From the NCBI RefSeq assembly GCF_046105845.1, contig NZ_CP151004.1: a DNA stretch of 64,000 bases. One strand, written 5' to 3'. A program made the position numbers and the translations under genes. The notes below the pieces were generated by a model, which was not told the origin of the DNA, did no database searches, and saw only the letters and a list, made by a program, of their open reading frames with translations. Each line of letters starts with the position of its first letter. Position 1 is the stretch's first letter. The stretch comes from Escherichia coli. Lineage in GTDB: Bacteria > Pseudomonadota > Gammaproteobacteria > Enterobacterales > Enterobacteriaceae. Below, in pieces: positions 38,076 to 52,174 of this stretch.

Positions 38076-38735
38076 ATGCAGTTTGACTGGAGTGCCATCT
38101 GGCCTGCCATTCCGCTTCTGATTGAAGGTGCCAAAATGACCCTGTGGATTTCGGTCCTCGGTTTGGCTGGCGGTCTGGTGATCGGATTGCTGGCAGGTTT
38201 TGCACGCACCTTCGGTGGTTGGATAGCCAACCACGTCGCGCTGGTCTTTATTGAAGTGATCCGCGGCACACCTATCGTCGTCCAGGTGATGTTTATCTAT
38301 TTCGCCCTGCCGATGGCGTTTAACGACTTACGCATCGACCCGTTTACTGCGGCGGTGGTCACCATCATGATCAACTCCGGCGCGTACATTGCGGAAATCA
38401 CGCGTGGTGCGGTGCTGTCTATTCACAAAGGTTTTCGTGAAGCAGGACTGGCGCTCGGTCTTTCACGTTGGGAAACCATTCGCTACGTCATTTTACCGCT
38501 GGCACTGCGTCGTATGCTGCCGCCGCTGGGTAACCAGTGGATCATCAGCATTAAAGACACCTCGCTGTTTATTGTTATCGGCGTGGCGGAACTGACCCGT
38601 CAGGGGCAAGAAATTATTGCCGGAAACTTCCGCGCCCTTGAGATCTGGAGCGCCGTGGCGGTGTTCTATCTGATTATTACCCTGGTGCTGAGCTTTATTC
38701 TGCGTCGTCTGGAAAGAAGGATGAAAATCCTGTGA
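38076..38735 (+). CDS. glnP: Glutamine ABC transporter permease GlnP, 219 aa
   Basis: Full ORF; polytopic permease; operon context. Confidence 0.94.
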
Positions 38736-39454
38736 TTGAATTTAAAAACGTCTCCAAGCATTTTGGTCCAACCCAGGTGCTGCACAATATCGATTTGAAC
38801 ATTGCTCAGGGCGAAGTCGTGGTGATTATCGGGCCGTCCGGTTCCGGTAAATCGACCCTGCTGCGCTGCATCAACAAACTGGAAGAAATCACCTCCGGCG
38901 ATCTGATTGTCGATGGCCTGAAGGTTAACGATCCGAAAGTTGACGAGCGCCTGATTCGCCAGGAAGCGGGTATGGTGTTCCAGCAGTTTTACCTCTTCCC
39001 GCATCTGACGGCGCTGGAAAACGTCATGTTTGGTCCGCTACGTGTGCGTGGCGCGAACAAAGAAGAGGCGGAAAAACTGGCGCGTGAGCTGCTGGCGAAA
39101 GTCGGCCTGGCAGAACGCGCTCACCACTACCCTTCCGAGCTTTCTGGTGGTCAGCAACAGCGTGTGGCGATTGCCCGTGCGCTGGCGGTAAAACCGAAAA
39201 TGATGCTGTTCGATGAACCGACTTCCGCTCTTGACCCGGAACTGCGCCATGAAGTGCTGAAGGTTATGCAGGACCTGGCTGAAGAAGGGATGACGATGGT
39301 GATCGTGACCCACGAAATCGGTTTTGCCGAGAAAGTAGCTTCGCGCCTTATCTTTATCGACAAAGGCCGGATTGCGGAAGATGGCGATCCGCAGGTGTTG
39401 ATCAAGAACCCACCGAGCCAGCGCTTGCAGGAATTTTTGCAGCACGTCTCTTAA
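38732..39454 (+). CDS. glnQ: Glutamine ABC transporter ATP-binding protein GlnQ, 240 aa
   Basis: Full ORF; Walker [10 protein letters not shown] and ABC signature LSGGQQQR. Confidence 0.95.
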
Positions 39455-39463
39455 CTTCTCAGC

Positions 39464-39487
39464 CTCCCTTTCCCCCGAAAGGGAGGC
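39464..39487 (+). terminator. Stem-loop (CCTCCCTTTC/GAAAGGGAGG) 10 bp after the glnQ stop
   Basis: Perfect inverted repeat read from sequence; lacks a clear T-run. Confidence 0.45.
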
Positions 39488-39570
39488 ACACCAGATTCCT
39501 CTCATTTAAAATCGCCCCTCCCCCAGCATCTATACTTATCTTTTTGCTCTGTTTTCTCACTGGAGGAGTC

Positions 39571-41796
39571 ATGCGGTGGATCCTGTTCATCCTCTTCTGC
39601 CTGCTGGGCGCACCTGCCCAAGCGGTATCCATACCCGGCGTTACAACCACAACGACAACGGACTCAACGACTGAACCGGCCCCGGAACCGGATATCGAAC
39701 AAAAAAAAGCGGCCTATGGCGCACTGGCGGATGTGCTGGATAATGACACCTCGCGTAAAGAGTTGATCGACCAGTTGCGCACCGTCGCCGCGACGCCCCC
39801 TGCGGAACCCGTACCGAAGATCGTGCCGCCGACGCTGGTTGAAGAGCAAACCGTGCTGCAAAAAGTCACCGAAGTCAGCCGCCATTATGGTGAAGCCCTT
39901 TCCGCCCGCTTCGGACAACTTTATCGCAATATCACCGGCTCCCCGCATAAGCCGTTTAATCCACAAACCTTCAGCAATGCGTTGACCCATTTTTCAATGT
40001 TAGCGGTATTAGTGTTTGGTTTTTACTGGCTGATTCGCCTGTGCGCACTGCCGCTGTATCGCAAAATGGGCCAGTGGGCGCGGCAAAAAAATCGTGAGCG
40101 CAGTAACTGGTTGCAGCTTCCGGCGATGATTATCGGGGCGTTTATTATCGACCTGCTGTTACTGGCACTGACATTATTTGTCGGTCAGGTTTTAAGCGAC
40201 AACCTGAATGCGGGCAGTCGCACCATCGCTTTCCAACAAAGTTTGTTTCTCAGCGCCTTTGCCCTGATTGAATTTTTCAAAGCCGTACTACGCCTGATTT
40301 TTTGCCCAAACGTGGCGGAACTGCGCCCGTTCACGATTCATGACGAGAGCGCCCGTTACTGGAGTCGTCGCCTGAGCTGGTTAAGCAGCCTGATTGGCTA
40401 TGGCCTGATTGTCGCCGTGCCGATTATCTCTAATCAGGTGAATGTACAGATAGGTGCGCTGGCGAACGTCATCATTATGCTGTGCATGACCGTCTGGGCG
40501 TTGTACCTGATCTTTCGTAATAAAAAAGAGATTACCCAGCATTTGCTCAACTTCGCGGAGCATTCGCTGGCCTTTTTCAGCTTGTTTATCCGCGCCTTTG
40601 CGCTGGTGTGGCACTGGCTGGCAAGCGCCTATTTTATCGTGCTGTTTTTCTTTTCGTTGTTCGATCCGGGCAACAGCCTGAAATTTATGATGGGTGCAAC
40701 GGTGCGCAGCCTGGCGATTATTGGTATCGCAGCATTTGTTTCCGGTATGTTTTCCCGCTGGCTGGCGAAAACCATCACCCTCTCGCCACATACTCAGCGT
40801 AACTATCCCGAGCTGCAAAAACGGCTGAATGGCTGGCTGTCGGCGGCGCTGAAAACGGCGCGTATTCTGACAGTCTGCGTGGCGGTAATGTTGCTGTTGA
40901 GCGCATGGGGATTGTTCGATTTCTGGAACTGGCTGCAAAACGGCGCGGGGCAGAAAACCGTAGATATCCTGATCCGTATCGCACTCATCCTTTTCTTCTC
41001 GGCGGTTGGCTGGACGGTGCTCGCCAGTTTGATCGAAAACCGGCTGGCTTCGGATATTCATGGCCGCCCGCTACCCAGCGCCCGTACGCGTACCCTGCTG
41101 ACGCTGTTCCGTAACGCGCTGGCGGTGATTATCAGTACCATCACCATCATGATTGTGTTGTCGGAAATCGGCGTCAATATCGCGCCATTGCTGGCAGGTG
41201 CCGGGGCATTAGGTCTGGCTATCTCGTTTGGTTCGCAAACGCTGGTAAAAGATATCATTACCGGGGTGTTTATTCAGTTTGAAAACGGCATGAACACTGG
41301 AGATTTGGTGACTATCGGGCCGTTGACCGGCACTGTGGAACGGATGTCGATTCGCTCCGTGGGCGTGCGCCAGGATACCGGGGCGTATCACATCATTCCG
41401 TGGTCTTCGATTACCACCTTTGCCAACTTTGTCCGTGGCATTGGTTCGGTGGTGGCAAACTATGATGTCGGTCGCCATGAAGATGCTGATAAAGCCAATC
41501 AGGCACTGAAAGATGCGGTAGCGGAATTGATGGAAAACGAAGAAATTCGCGGGCTGATTATTGGTGAACCGAATTTTGCCGGGATTGTCGGCTTAAGCAA
41601 TACCGCGTTTACACTGCGTGTTTCGTTCACCACGCTGCCACTCAAACAGTGGACGGTACGCTTTGCCCTCGACAGCCAGGTGAAAAAACATTTCGACCTG
41701 GCGGGCGTTCGCGCGCCAGTGCAGACTTATCAGGTGCTGCCTGCTCCGGGCGCGACCCCGGCTGAACCGTTGCCGCCGGGGGAACCAACGCTTTAA
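39571..41796 (+). CDS. ybiO: MscS-family mechanosensitive channel YbiO, 741 aa
   Basis: ORF 39544..41796; start at [18 protein letters not shown] (signal peptide); multiple TM helices plus MscS-like C-terminal domain. Confidence 0.9.
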   Translation: MRWILFILFCLLGAPAQAVSIPGVTTTTTTDSTTEPAPEPDIEQKKAAYGALADVLDNDTSRKELIDQLRTVAATPPAEPVPKIVPPTLVEEQTVLQKVTEVSRHYGEALSARFGQLYRNITGSPHKPFNPQTFSNALTHFSMLAVLVFGFYWLIRLCALPLYRKMGQWARQKNRERSNWLQLPAMIIGAFIIDLLLLALTLFVGQVLSDNLNAGSRTIAFQQSLFLSAFALIEFFKAVLRLIFCPNVAELRPFTIHDESARYWSRRLSWLSSLIGYGLIVAVPIISNQVNVQIGALANVIIMLCMTVWALYLIFRNKKEITQHLLNFAEHSLAFFSLFIRAFALVWHWLASAYFIVLFFFSLFDPGNSLKFMMGATVRSLAIIGIAAFVSGMFSRWLAKTITLSPHTQRNYPELQKRLNGWLSAALKTARILTVCVAVMLLLSAWGLFDFWNWLQNGAGQKTVDILIRIALILFFSAVGWTVLASLIENRLASDIHGRPLPSARTRTLLTLFRNALAVIISTITIMIVLSEIGVNIAPLLAGAGALGLAISFGSQTLVKDIITGVFIQFENGMNTGDLVTIGPLTGTVERMSIRSVGVRQDTGAYHIIPWSSITTFANFVRGIGSVVANYDVGRHEDADKANQALKDAVAELMENEEIRGLIIGEPNFAGIVGLSNTAFTLRVSFTTLPLKQWTVRFALDSQVKKHFDLAGVRAPVQTYQVLPAPGATPAEPLPPGEPTL

Positions 41797-42719
41797 CGCT
41801 GGCGATTGACAAAACGGCGGCGCTGCTCGTCGTTCATAAAGGTCCAGGCAATAAAGCGACTCTGCTTTTGCCCCTGGGCCATCTCTTTTTTAACCACCTT
41901 CACCGCGCCCACGTCCGTCAGGGCACGATACAACGGCGGTAAGTTTTCACCACGAGATACAAGTGAGGTAAACCACATCACCTGCTTCGCGAAGCCTTTG
42001 CTCTCTTCAATCATCTTTTTGATAAAAGCGACTTCACCGCCTTCACACCACAACTCCTGTTGCTGACCACCAAAGTTCAGTGCATCGTCTTTGTTTAGCC
42101 CCAGGTTACGGCGTTTACGTTCACTACCTGCCCGTGCCGCAGCGGCGGAATCGTGGAATGGCGGGTTACACAAGGTCGCGTCGTATTGCTCGTTTTTATG
42201 GATGATTCCGTTAAAAATCGCCCCACTCTCTTTTTGCCGACGCAGACGAATGGCGCGGTTAAGCCCCGGATTAGCACTGATGATCGCCTGCGCACTGCTT
42301 AACGCCTGGCTGCTGGTTTCACTACCAGTAAAACGCCAGCCATATTCATGTACGCCAATCAGCGGATAAATACAGTTCGCACCAACGCCGATATCCAGAA
42401 TGCTGGCATTAGCTGGAATTGATCCTGTTGCTTCTGCCAGTAAATCGGCAAGGTGATGAATATAATCCGCCCGGCCCGGTACTGGTGGGCAGAGAAAACC
42501 GTCGGGGATATCCCAGTTCGCTACGGCGTAAAAATGGGCCAGCAATGCCTTATTGAGCGCCTTCACCGCCAGCGGATTGGCAAAGTCTACGCTTTGCTCC
42601 CCGGCGGGTGTAAGCGTGAGGAATTGCCTGAGTTCAGGATTGACCTGACAAAGCGTGGCGAGATCGTAGCGGCTGTGATGACGGTTGCGCGGATGCAACC
42701 CCGGTTTCTGGGCGGACAT
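41793..42719 (-). CDS. rlmF: 23S rRNA m6A1618 methyltransferase RlmF, 308 aa
   Basis: ORF 41793..42809; start at internal Met ([15 protein letters not shown]...) matching RlmF; NPPF motif. Confidence 0.9.
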   Translation of the reverse strand: MSAQKPGLHPRNRHHSRYDLATLCQVNPELRQFLTLTPAGEQSVDFANPLAVKALNKALLAHFYAVANWDIPDGFLCPPVPGRADYIHHLADLLAEATGSIPANASILDIGVGANCIYPLIGVHEYGWRFTGSETSSQALSSAQAIISANPGLNRAIRLRRQKESGAIFNGIIHKNEQYDATLCNPPFHDSAAAARAGSERKRRNLGLNKDDALNFGGQQQELWCEGGEVAFIKKMIEESKGFAKQVMWFTSLVSRGENLPPLYRALTDVGAVKVVKKEMAQGQKQSRFIAWTFMNDEQRRRFVNRQR

Positions 42720-42994
42720 AGCATTCTCCTTTAAGCAGCGGCGTAAGATACCCGCATAACGCGACAGGGTAAATATCTGGCTGCGTTTATCATTTCTATA
42801 AACCTTCACATGGCTATGGTTTATGGCAATTCATCATAAAAATCAGCATCATGCATGTCATTGATTTGTCTTGTTTTGTAAAAATATATCGTTCAAAAAA
42901 CAAGCGCATCTCTGTCAATTTTTTGCGTCATTTTCATCGCCCAGGCGACCTACACTTATCAGGCACTACCCGTTGTATTTATGAGGATGTCATT

Positions 42995-43255
42995 ATGAAA
43001 AAGTGCCTCACACTACTGATTGCCACCGTCCTGAGCGGAATCTCTCTCACGGCTTATGCCGCGCAACCGATGAGTAATCTGGACAGCGGTCAGCTACGGC
43101 CCGCCGGTACCGTTTCGGCAACTGGCGCATCAAACCTAAGCGATCTGGAGGATAAACTGGCAGAAAAAGCGCGCGAACAAGGCGCGAAAGGTTATGTCAT
43201 TAATTCCGCGGGCGGAAATGACCAGATGTTCGGTACTGCAACCATCTACAAATAA
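42995..43255 (+). CDS. mcbA: Small periplasmic DUF1471-family protein McbA (YbiM), 86 aa
   Basis: ORF 42851..43255; start at MKKCLTLLIATVLSG (signal peptide); C-terminal GTATIYK motif. Confidence 0.85.
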   Translation: MKKCLTLLIATVLSGISLTAYAAQPMSNLDSGQLRPAGTVSATGASNLSDLEDKLAEKAREQGAKGYVINSAGGNDQMFGTATIYK

Positions 43256-43390
43256 CCCCACCAACGTAACTGCATTCGCCTCTGGATGCAGTTTTCGCCT
43301 GTTTTGTAATCAAAAAACATCAAATATGAACGAAATGTAAATAAATGTATTTCTTTTTCGCGCAATGGGTGATAGAAAATCGCGCCAAGT

Positions 43391-43417
43391 GATAATGCTT
43401 ATCAAAATTATTATCAC
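43391..43417 (+). promoter_or_regulatory. Fur box upstream of fiu
   Basis: GATAATGCTTATCAAAATTATTATCAC closely matches the Fur consensus GATAATGATAATCATTATC; fiu is a known Fur-regulated receptor. Confidence 0.7.
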
Positions 43418-43519
43418 TTGCACGAACGCTATCACGAGATTAACAGTGGCATCGCATCCGCAGAGAGGCTTTCTCGTGGCAGTGAAAATTTCAACATATA
43501 AGAAAAAGTCACCTGCAAA

Positions 43520-45802
43520 ATGGAAAACAATCGCAATTTCCCTGCCAGACAATTTCATTCGCTCACGTTCTTTGCCGGTCTTTGTATTGGCATCACGCCT
43601 GTGGCTCAGGCACTCGCCGCCGAAGGGCAAGCAAACGCGGATGACACGCTGGTTGTCGAAGCATCAACGCCTTCGCTTTATGCGCCACAACAATCTGCTG
43701 ATCCGAAATTCTCGCGTCCGGTAGCGGATACTACCCGCACGATGACGGTGATTTCTGAACAAGTGATTAAAGATCAGGGCGCAACCAACCTTACCGACGC
43801 GCTCAAAAACGTCCCCGGCGTGGGTGCGTTTTTTGCGGGTGAGAACGGTAACTCCACCACTGGCGACGCCATTTATATGCGTGGTGCCGATACCTCTAAC
43901 AGTATTTATATTGATGGCATTCGCGATATCGGCAGCGTCTCGCGCGACACCTTCAATACCGAGCAGGTCGAAGTGATTAAAGGGCCGTCCGGCACCGACT
44001 ACGGGCGCAGCGCACCAACAGGCTCAATCAATATGATCAGCAAGCAGCCGCGCAATGATTCGGGCATTGACGCCTCCGCCAGTATTGGCAGCGCCTGGTT
44101 CCGCCGCGGCACGCTGGACGTCAATCAGGTCATTGGTGATACCACTGCGGTGCGCCTCAATGTGATGGGCGAAAAAACGCACGATGCCGGACGCGACAAA
44201 GTCAAAAATGAGCGTTACGGCGTCGCCCCTTCTGTCGCTTTTGGCCTTGGTACAGCGAATCGTTTGTATCTTAATTATCTACATGTCACCCAGCACAACA
44301 CGCCAGACGGCGGCGTTCCGACCATCGGTTTGCCGGGCTATTCTGCCCCATCTGCGGGAACAGCGGCCCTGAATCATTCCGGAAAAGTTGATACTCATAA
44401 CTTTTACGGCACGGATTCCGATTACGACGATTCGACCACCGACACCGCTACCATGCGTTTTGAGCACGACATCAACGATAACACCACCATTCGCAATACT
44501 ACCCGTTGGTCGCGCGTGAAGCAGGATTACCTGATGACGGCGATTATGGGCGGGGCGTCGAATATTACCCAGCCCACCAGCGATGTGAATAGCTGGACCT
44601 GGTCACGCACGGCGAATACTAAAGATGTAAGTAATAAAATTCTCACCAACCAGACCAACCTGACCTCGACGTTCTATACCGGTTCTATCGGTCATGATGT
44701 CAGTACCGGCGTGGAATTTACCCGTGAAACGCAGACTAACTACGGCGTTAATCCGGTGACGTTACCTGCGGTAAATATTTATCATCCTGACAGCAGCATT
44801 CATCCCGGCGGCCTGACGCGCAACGGCGCAAACGCTAATGGTCAGACGGATACCTTCGCAATTTACGCCTTCGATACGCTGCAAATCACCCGTGATTTTG
44901 AGCTGAACGGCGGGATCCGTCTGGATAATTATCATACTGAATATGACAGTGCCACCGCCTGCGGCGGCAGCGGACGCGGTGCCATCACCTGCCCTGCTGG
45001 CGTGGCAAAAGGTTCTCCGGTCACCACCGTCGATACCGCCAAGTCGGGCAATCTGGTGAACTGGAAAGCCGGGGCGCTGTATCACCTGACGGAAAACGGC
45101 AATGTCTATATTAACTATGCCGTTTCCCAGCAGCCTCCGGGCGGCAACAACTTCGCCCTTGCGCAGTCTGGCAGCGGTAACAGTGCCAACCGCACCGATT
45201 TTAAACCGCAAAAAGCCAACACCAGCGAGATTGGCACCAAATGGCAGGTTCTGGATAAACGCCTGTTGCTCACCGCCGCGCTGTTCCGTACTGATATCGA
45301 AAATGAAGTTGAGCAAAATGATGACGGAACTTACTCGCAATACGGTAAGAAACGCGTCGAAGGCTATGAGATATCCGTGGCCGGGAATATCACTCCCGCG
45401 TGGCAGGTGATTGGCGGCTATACCCAGCAAAAAGCAACCATCAAAAACGGCAAAGATGTTGCCCAGGATGGTTCCTCATCGCTGCCGTATACCCCGGAGC
45501 ACGCCTTTACCTTATGGAGCCAGTATCAGGCAACCGATGATATCTCTGTTGGCGCAGGCGCACGCTATATCGGTAGTATGCATAAAGGTTCTGACGGCGC
45601 GGTGGGAACGCCAGCGTTTACCGAAGGTTACTGGGTCGCCGACGCTAAACTGGGGTATCGGGTTAATCGCAATCTCGACTTCCAGCTAAACGTCTACAAC
45701 CTGTTTGATACCGATTACGTCGCCTCAATCAACAAGAGCGGCTACCGTTATCACCCGGGCGAGCCAAGAACCTTCCTGCTCACGGCCAATATGCATTTCT
45801 GA
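43520..45802 (+). CDS. fiu: TonB-dependent catecholate siderophore receptor Fiu, 760 aa
   Basis: Full ORF with signal peptide, TonB box region and C-terminal Phe beta-barrel terminus. Confidence 0.94.
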
Positions 45803-45843
45803 TTCAGATGTGGGGCGCAGGCCCCACTTTTTGGAGAACTTGT

Positions 45844-46521
45844 ATGATGTACCACATTCCCGGCGTGCTATCGCCACAGGACGTCGCCCGTTTTCGCGAA
45901 CAACTGGAACAAGCCGAATGGGTGGATGGACGCGTCACCACTGGCGCACAAGGTGCGCAAGTTAAGAACAATCAACAGGTAGACACCCGCAGCACGTTAT
46001 ACGCCGCCCTGCAAAATGAGGTGCTGAACGCGGTTAACCAACATGCTTTGTTCTTTGCCGCGGCCTTGCCGCGTACCCTTTCCACGCCGCTGTTTAATCG
46101 CTATCAGAACAATGAAACTTATGGTTTTCATGTGGATGGCGCAGTACGCAGTCACCCACAAAACGGCTGGATGCGCACTGACCTTTCTGCCACGCTGTTT
46201 TTAAGCGATCCACAAAGCTACGATGGCGGCGAACTGGTCGTTAATGACACCTTCGGGCAACATCGGGTAAAACTTCCGGCAGGCGATCTGGTGTTGTATC
46301 CCTCCAGCAGCTTGCATTGCGTGACACCCGTAACCCGCGGCGTACGAGTGGCATCATTTATGTGGATCCAGTCGATGATCCGTGATGATAAAAAGCGCGC
46401 CATGCTGTTTGAACTGGACAACAATATTCAGTCGCTGAAAAGCCGCTACGGCGAAAGTGAAGAGATCCTGTCGCTGCTCAATCTTTATCATAACCTGCTG
46501 CGGGAATGGTCGGAGATCTGA
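45844..46521 (+). CDS. ybiX: PKHD-type Fe(II)/2-oxoglutarate-dependent hydroxylase YbiX, 225 aa
   Basis: ORF 45808..46521; start at [10 protein letters not shown]; HxD...H iron-binding motif (HVDG ... H). Confidence 0.88.
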
Positions 46522-46594
46522 CGCTTGAACTGCCCGAGTTCGCCCCTATATTAGCTACACTTAACTGTACAAGTATTGATATGGGGAGGACGAT

Positions 46595-46861
46595 ATGGCA
46601 TCCGGTTGGGCTAACGATGACGCCGTCAACGAACAGATCAACAGTACAATTGAAGATGCGATTGCCCGCGCTCGGGGTGAAATTCCGCGTGGCGAAAGCC
46701 TGTATGAATGTGAAGAGTGCGGAGCCACCATCCCGCAAGCCCGTCGGGAAGCCATTCCTGGTGTGCGCTTATGCATTCATTGTCAGCAGGAGAAAGATTT
46801 ACAAAAACCAGCTTATACAGGATATAATCGCAGAGGTTCGAAAGACAGCCAGTTACGTTAA
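46595..46861 (+). CDS. ybiI: DksA/TraR-type C4 zinc-finger protein YbiI, 88 aa
   Basis: Full ORF; CxxC-N17-CxxC (CEECG ... CIHCQ). Confidence 0.88.
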   Translation: MASGWANDDAVNEQINSTIEDAIARARGEIPRGESLYECEECGATIPQARREAIPGVRLCIHCQQEKDLQKPAYTGYNRRGSKDSQLR

Positions 46862-47125
46862 CTACAACTGGCGGGATGTATAGCGAGTATAATTTGTATT
46901 TTGCGTGGCATTCCGTGCCTTTAACGCTGTCGTGACTGCCACGCTGCATAAAACAAGTCCATAAGTTCAACAAATAAATGGATTATCAGTATGTTAGATA
47001 TCAATCAATTTATTTGAACAAGGCGGTCAATTCTCTTCGATTTTATCTCTCGAAAAAAAACGTGATACTCATCACATCGACGAAACAACGTCACTTATAC
47101 AAAAATCACCTGCGAGAGATTAATT

Positions 47126-47386
47126 ATGAAAACTATCAATACTGTTGTTGCTGCTATGGCTCTTTCAACTCTGTCATTTGGCGTGTTTGCCGCGGAACCG
47201 GTAACGGCATCCCAGGCACAGAACATGAATAAAATCGGCGTGGTTTCTGCCGATGGCGCATCCACCCTCGATGCCCTGGAAGCGAAACTGGCTGAGAAAG
47301 CTGCGGCAGCTGGGGCGAGTGGATACAGCATCACTTCTGCCACCAACAACAATAAATTAAGCGGTACTGCGGTAATTTATAAGTAA
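47126..47386 (+). CDS. ybiJ: Small periplasmic DUF1471-family protein YbiJ, 86 aa
   Basis: Full ORF with signal peptide; C-terminal GTAVIYK; paralogue of mcbA. Confidence 0.88.
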   Translation: MKTINTVVAAMALSTLSFGVFAAEPVTASQAQNMNKIGVVSADGASTLDALEAKLAEKAAAAGASGYSITSATNNNKLSGTAVIYK

Positions 47387-47524
47387 TTCGTAAGCCGGAT
47401 CAGGCGTTTACGCTACGTCCAGCACAAGTATTTCCCTGTCTGTTTGCCGACAGACGCATATGCTCTAACCCTCATTGATCCTATATTACCCTTGTTTGCC
47501 CGTCCGTTACTGGACGGGCTTTTT

Positions 47525-48744
<1,220 letters not shown>

Positions 48745-48750
48745 AAAGAA

Positions 48751-49713
<963 letters not shown>

Positions 49714-49740
49714 TTACGACTCCTTACCTGACTCACATCA

Positions 49741-51891
49741 TTAACGCCGCCGACGGCGTGGGGATTTCGTTTTTTCTTTCTTTTTAACTATACCTTCAGG
49801 GACTTCCGGTTGCTCTATCGGAAATACCGGTAATGCATCCAGTAGTCGCTTGCCATAATTTTTGGTCAGCAAGCGTTTGTCGTAAATCACCACTTCGCCC
49901 CAGCAACCGTGGCTTCGAATTAGTCGCCCAACCTGCTGAATCAGGTTAAACGAGGCGCTCGGCAGGCTTTGTACCTCAAACGGATAGCGGTTGAGGCTTT
50001 TCAGCCATTCCCCTTCGGTGATCACCACCGGGCTGTCGATGGGCGGAAAAGCGATTTTGTGGATATGCACCTGGCTGAGCAGATCGCCTTTCAGATCAAG
50101 CCCTTCGGCAAATGACTGCAAGCCCACCAGCACGCTACGCTCACCGTTGGCAACGCGTTTGCGGTGCAATTCAACTAAACGGTAACGCGGCTGATCGCCC
50201 TGCACCAGCAACATCAGGCGTAAATCCGTCACATAGTCGAGAAACCGCTGCATCGCCCGTCCGCTGGCAAACAGTACCAACATACCGAGATGTTTTTTGC
50301 TCTCCACCTGTTTACGGAAAAAGGCCGCCATTTCGGCAATGTGCTGCTCTTCGTTGTCGATGGAAGGCTCAACGCGCATCCGGGGAATAACAATTTTGCC
50401 CTGTTCGCAGTGGTTAAAGGGGGAATCCAGCGCCACAAAACGGTCGCCCGCTTTCTCTTTCAGCCCGCTCATCTCCTGCAAACGCGAAAAACTGTTCAGC
50501 GAACGTAAGGTCGCGGAAGTGACAATAATGTGCGGAATACTGCGCCACAGCAGCCTTTCCAGCTGATCGCTGACACGAATACCCACACAGTGAAACCAGA
50601 GATGCAGCTGCCCTTCGCGTTCTTCCCGCGTCGCCCATTTAGTCACCGGCGCACCGGAAGATTGCGCCAGAGACGCCAGCCGCCAGAGTTTGCTTTGCGC
50701 CTCGAACATCCCCAACGCGCGATTCATCTGCAAAATCAACCGATGCAGACGTACAATGTCATGGCTGCCGGTTTTCTCACTTAAATCGTTAAGAAATAAC
50801 TCCGCCAGGCCACGCAGCATCTCGGTGAGTTTTGCCAGCCGCTGGCAGATCTCCAGCACTTCATCAGGCAGTTCGCCCATCGCAAAACGGTGCTCTGCCT
50901 CCTGCCTGGCAGGCATGTAGAGGTTGAGAATGTTGTTTAACGAGGCGATAAGCTCATACAACTCTTCACAATGGGCATTCAAACGCTCGGGGATCGCCAG
51001 CGGGGGGATGGTCTTCGGGCGAAACTGCTCCATGCAGGTAGCGACCAGTTTCGTGAACAAGTCCAACTGTAGTCGATACCAGGGCGCGGTGATTTCGGCA
51101 CTCATCTCCAGCGCATCCCGCGCCACATCTGGCAGGTGATGACCTTCGTCCAGCACCAGCAGCAAATTTTTCGGGTCAGGCAATACGGCTTCGCTTTCCA
51201 TCGCCGCCATCACCAGCGCATGGTTTGCCACCACCACTTCCGCTTCCTGAATCTCCCGACGAGCGACAAAAAACGGGCATTCGCGATAGTAATAACAGTT
51301 GCGGTTGAGGCAGCTGGCTTTGTCGGTACTTAAACGACGCCAGAGATCGTCATCTATAGCGATATCAGTATGATCGCGCAGACCATCCCATTTATAAGTG
51401 TCGAGATCGCCCTTCAACTTTGCACAACGCTTTTGCTCTTCCTGATTGTTCGGCGTCAGCTCGTCGTCAAGAAACGCCAGCAGATCCTGTTGCGTGGGCT
51501 CAGTGCTGGCAAGCGCCGTCAGATTACGCGGGCAAACGTAGCGCCCACGCCCAAAAGCGGCAGTGAATTTAAGATCGGGAATGATCTTTTTCAGCAGCGG
51601 TAAATCTTTACTGTAGATCTGATCCTGCAATGCCACGTTGGCGGTACTCACCACCAGCGTTTTTTGCTCTTCGCGGGCAATGGCGATGCCGGGAATCAAA
51701 TAAGAGAGCGTTTTCCCAACGCCGGTGGGGGCTTCAATCGCCAGATGCCGCCCTTCTTCTCCGGCCAGCGTTTTGGCGACGTCCGCAATCATCTGCCGCT
51801 GCGGCGCACGGGGAATAAAGTCGGGGATCTGTTCCTGAAGCGCCTTATACCAGGCGGCAATTTGCGCTTTAAGCGCAGCGGTTAATGCCAT
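49741..51891 (-). CDS. dinG: ATP-dependent DNA helicase DinG (SOS-regulated, Fe-S helicase), 716 aa
   Basis: ORF 49741..52029; start at internal Met (MALTAALKAQIAAWYK...) matching DinG; Walker A APTGVGKT and DEGH box. Confidence 0.94.
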   Translation of the reverse strand: MALTAALKAQIAAWYKALQEQIPDFIPRAPQRQMIADVAKTLAGEEGRHLAIEAPTGVGKTLSYLIPGIAIAREEQKTLVVSTANVALQDQIYSKDLPLLKKIIPDLKFTAAFGRGRYVCPRNLTALASTEPTQQDLLAFLDDELTPNNQEEQKRCAKLKGDLDTYKWDGLRDHTDIAIDDDLWRRLSTDKASCLNRNCYYYRECPFFVARREIQEAEVVVANHALVMAAMESEAVLPDPKNLLLVLDEGHHLPDVARDALEMSAEITAPWYRLQLDLFTKLVATCMEQFRPKTIPPLAIPERLNAHCEELYELIASLNNILNLYMPARQEAEHRFAMGELPDEVLEICQRLAKLTEMLRGLAELFLNDLSEKTGSHDIVRLHRLILQMNRALGMFEAQSKLWRLASLAQSSGAPVTKWATREEREGQLHLWFHCVGIRVSDQLERLLWRSIPHIIVTSATLRSLNSFSRLQEMSGLKEKAGDRFVALDSPFNHCEQGKIVIPRMRVEPSIDNEEQHIAEMAAFFRKQVESKKHLGMLVLFASGRAMQRFLDYVTDLRLMLLVQGDQPRYRLVELHRKRVANGERSVLVGLQSFAEGLDLKGDLLSQVHIHKIAFPPIDSPVVITEGEWLKSLNRYPFEVQSLPSASFNLIQQVGRLIRSHGCWGEVVIYDKRLLTKNYGKRLLDALPVFPIEQPEVPEGIVKKKEKTKSPRRRRR

Positions 51892-51902
51892 GAGAAAACC
51901 TG

Positions 51903-51922
51903 AAATACTGTATAAACAGCCA
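51903..51922 (-). promoter_or_regulatory. LexA (SOS) box of dinG
   Basis: Minus-strand TATTGGCTGTTTATACAGTA, 12-31 bp upstream of the dinG start; matches the known non-canonical dinG SOS operator. Confidence 0.75.
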
Positions 51923-52127
51923 ATATTGTGGCATTTTTCGGTTTTCAGGGGTAATGGTTTTTCTGTTTCTGGAAAGCGGCTCGCAAACACGCCCTCTCGC
52001 AATATATTTGATTGAAAGTTCGACGGCACGGTGAGCGCCAGTCTTCAGGGCAGAAAACAGCAAGTGATACCGCATTTCGTGGTTACACTTGCCGCCGTCA
52101 TCGCTTCGCAGGAACCGGTATTGCCCG

Positions 52128-52145
52128 CCCTGGCCTGAGCCAGGG
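52128..52145. other. Hairpin (CCCTGGC/GCCAGGG) about 30 bp downstream of the 670-aa ORF stop and upstream of the dinG promoter
   Basis: Inverted repeat read from sequence; may insulate dinG from read-through. Confidence 0.35.
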
Positions 52146-52174
52146 CCATCAATGCCATTATTCTGCTGCGATCT

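Noticed and set aside
40381-41061. 226-aa minus-strand ORF inside ybiO
   Set aside because: Antisense to a conserved mechanosensitive channel gene; Arg/Gln-rich low-complexity translation typical of GC-rich antisense frames.
44762-45430. 222-aa minus-strand ORF inside fiu
   Set aside because: Antisense shadow ORF within the TonB-dependent receptor gene.
49741-52029. 762-aa extended reading frame for dinG starting at 52029
   Set aside because: The N-terminal 46 residues are not part of conserved DinG; the start at 51891 (MALTAALKAQ...) sits correctly downstream of the LexA box, which the longer ORF would read through.
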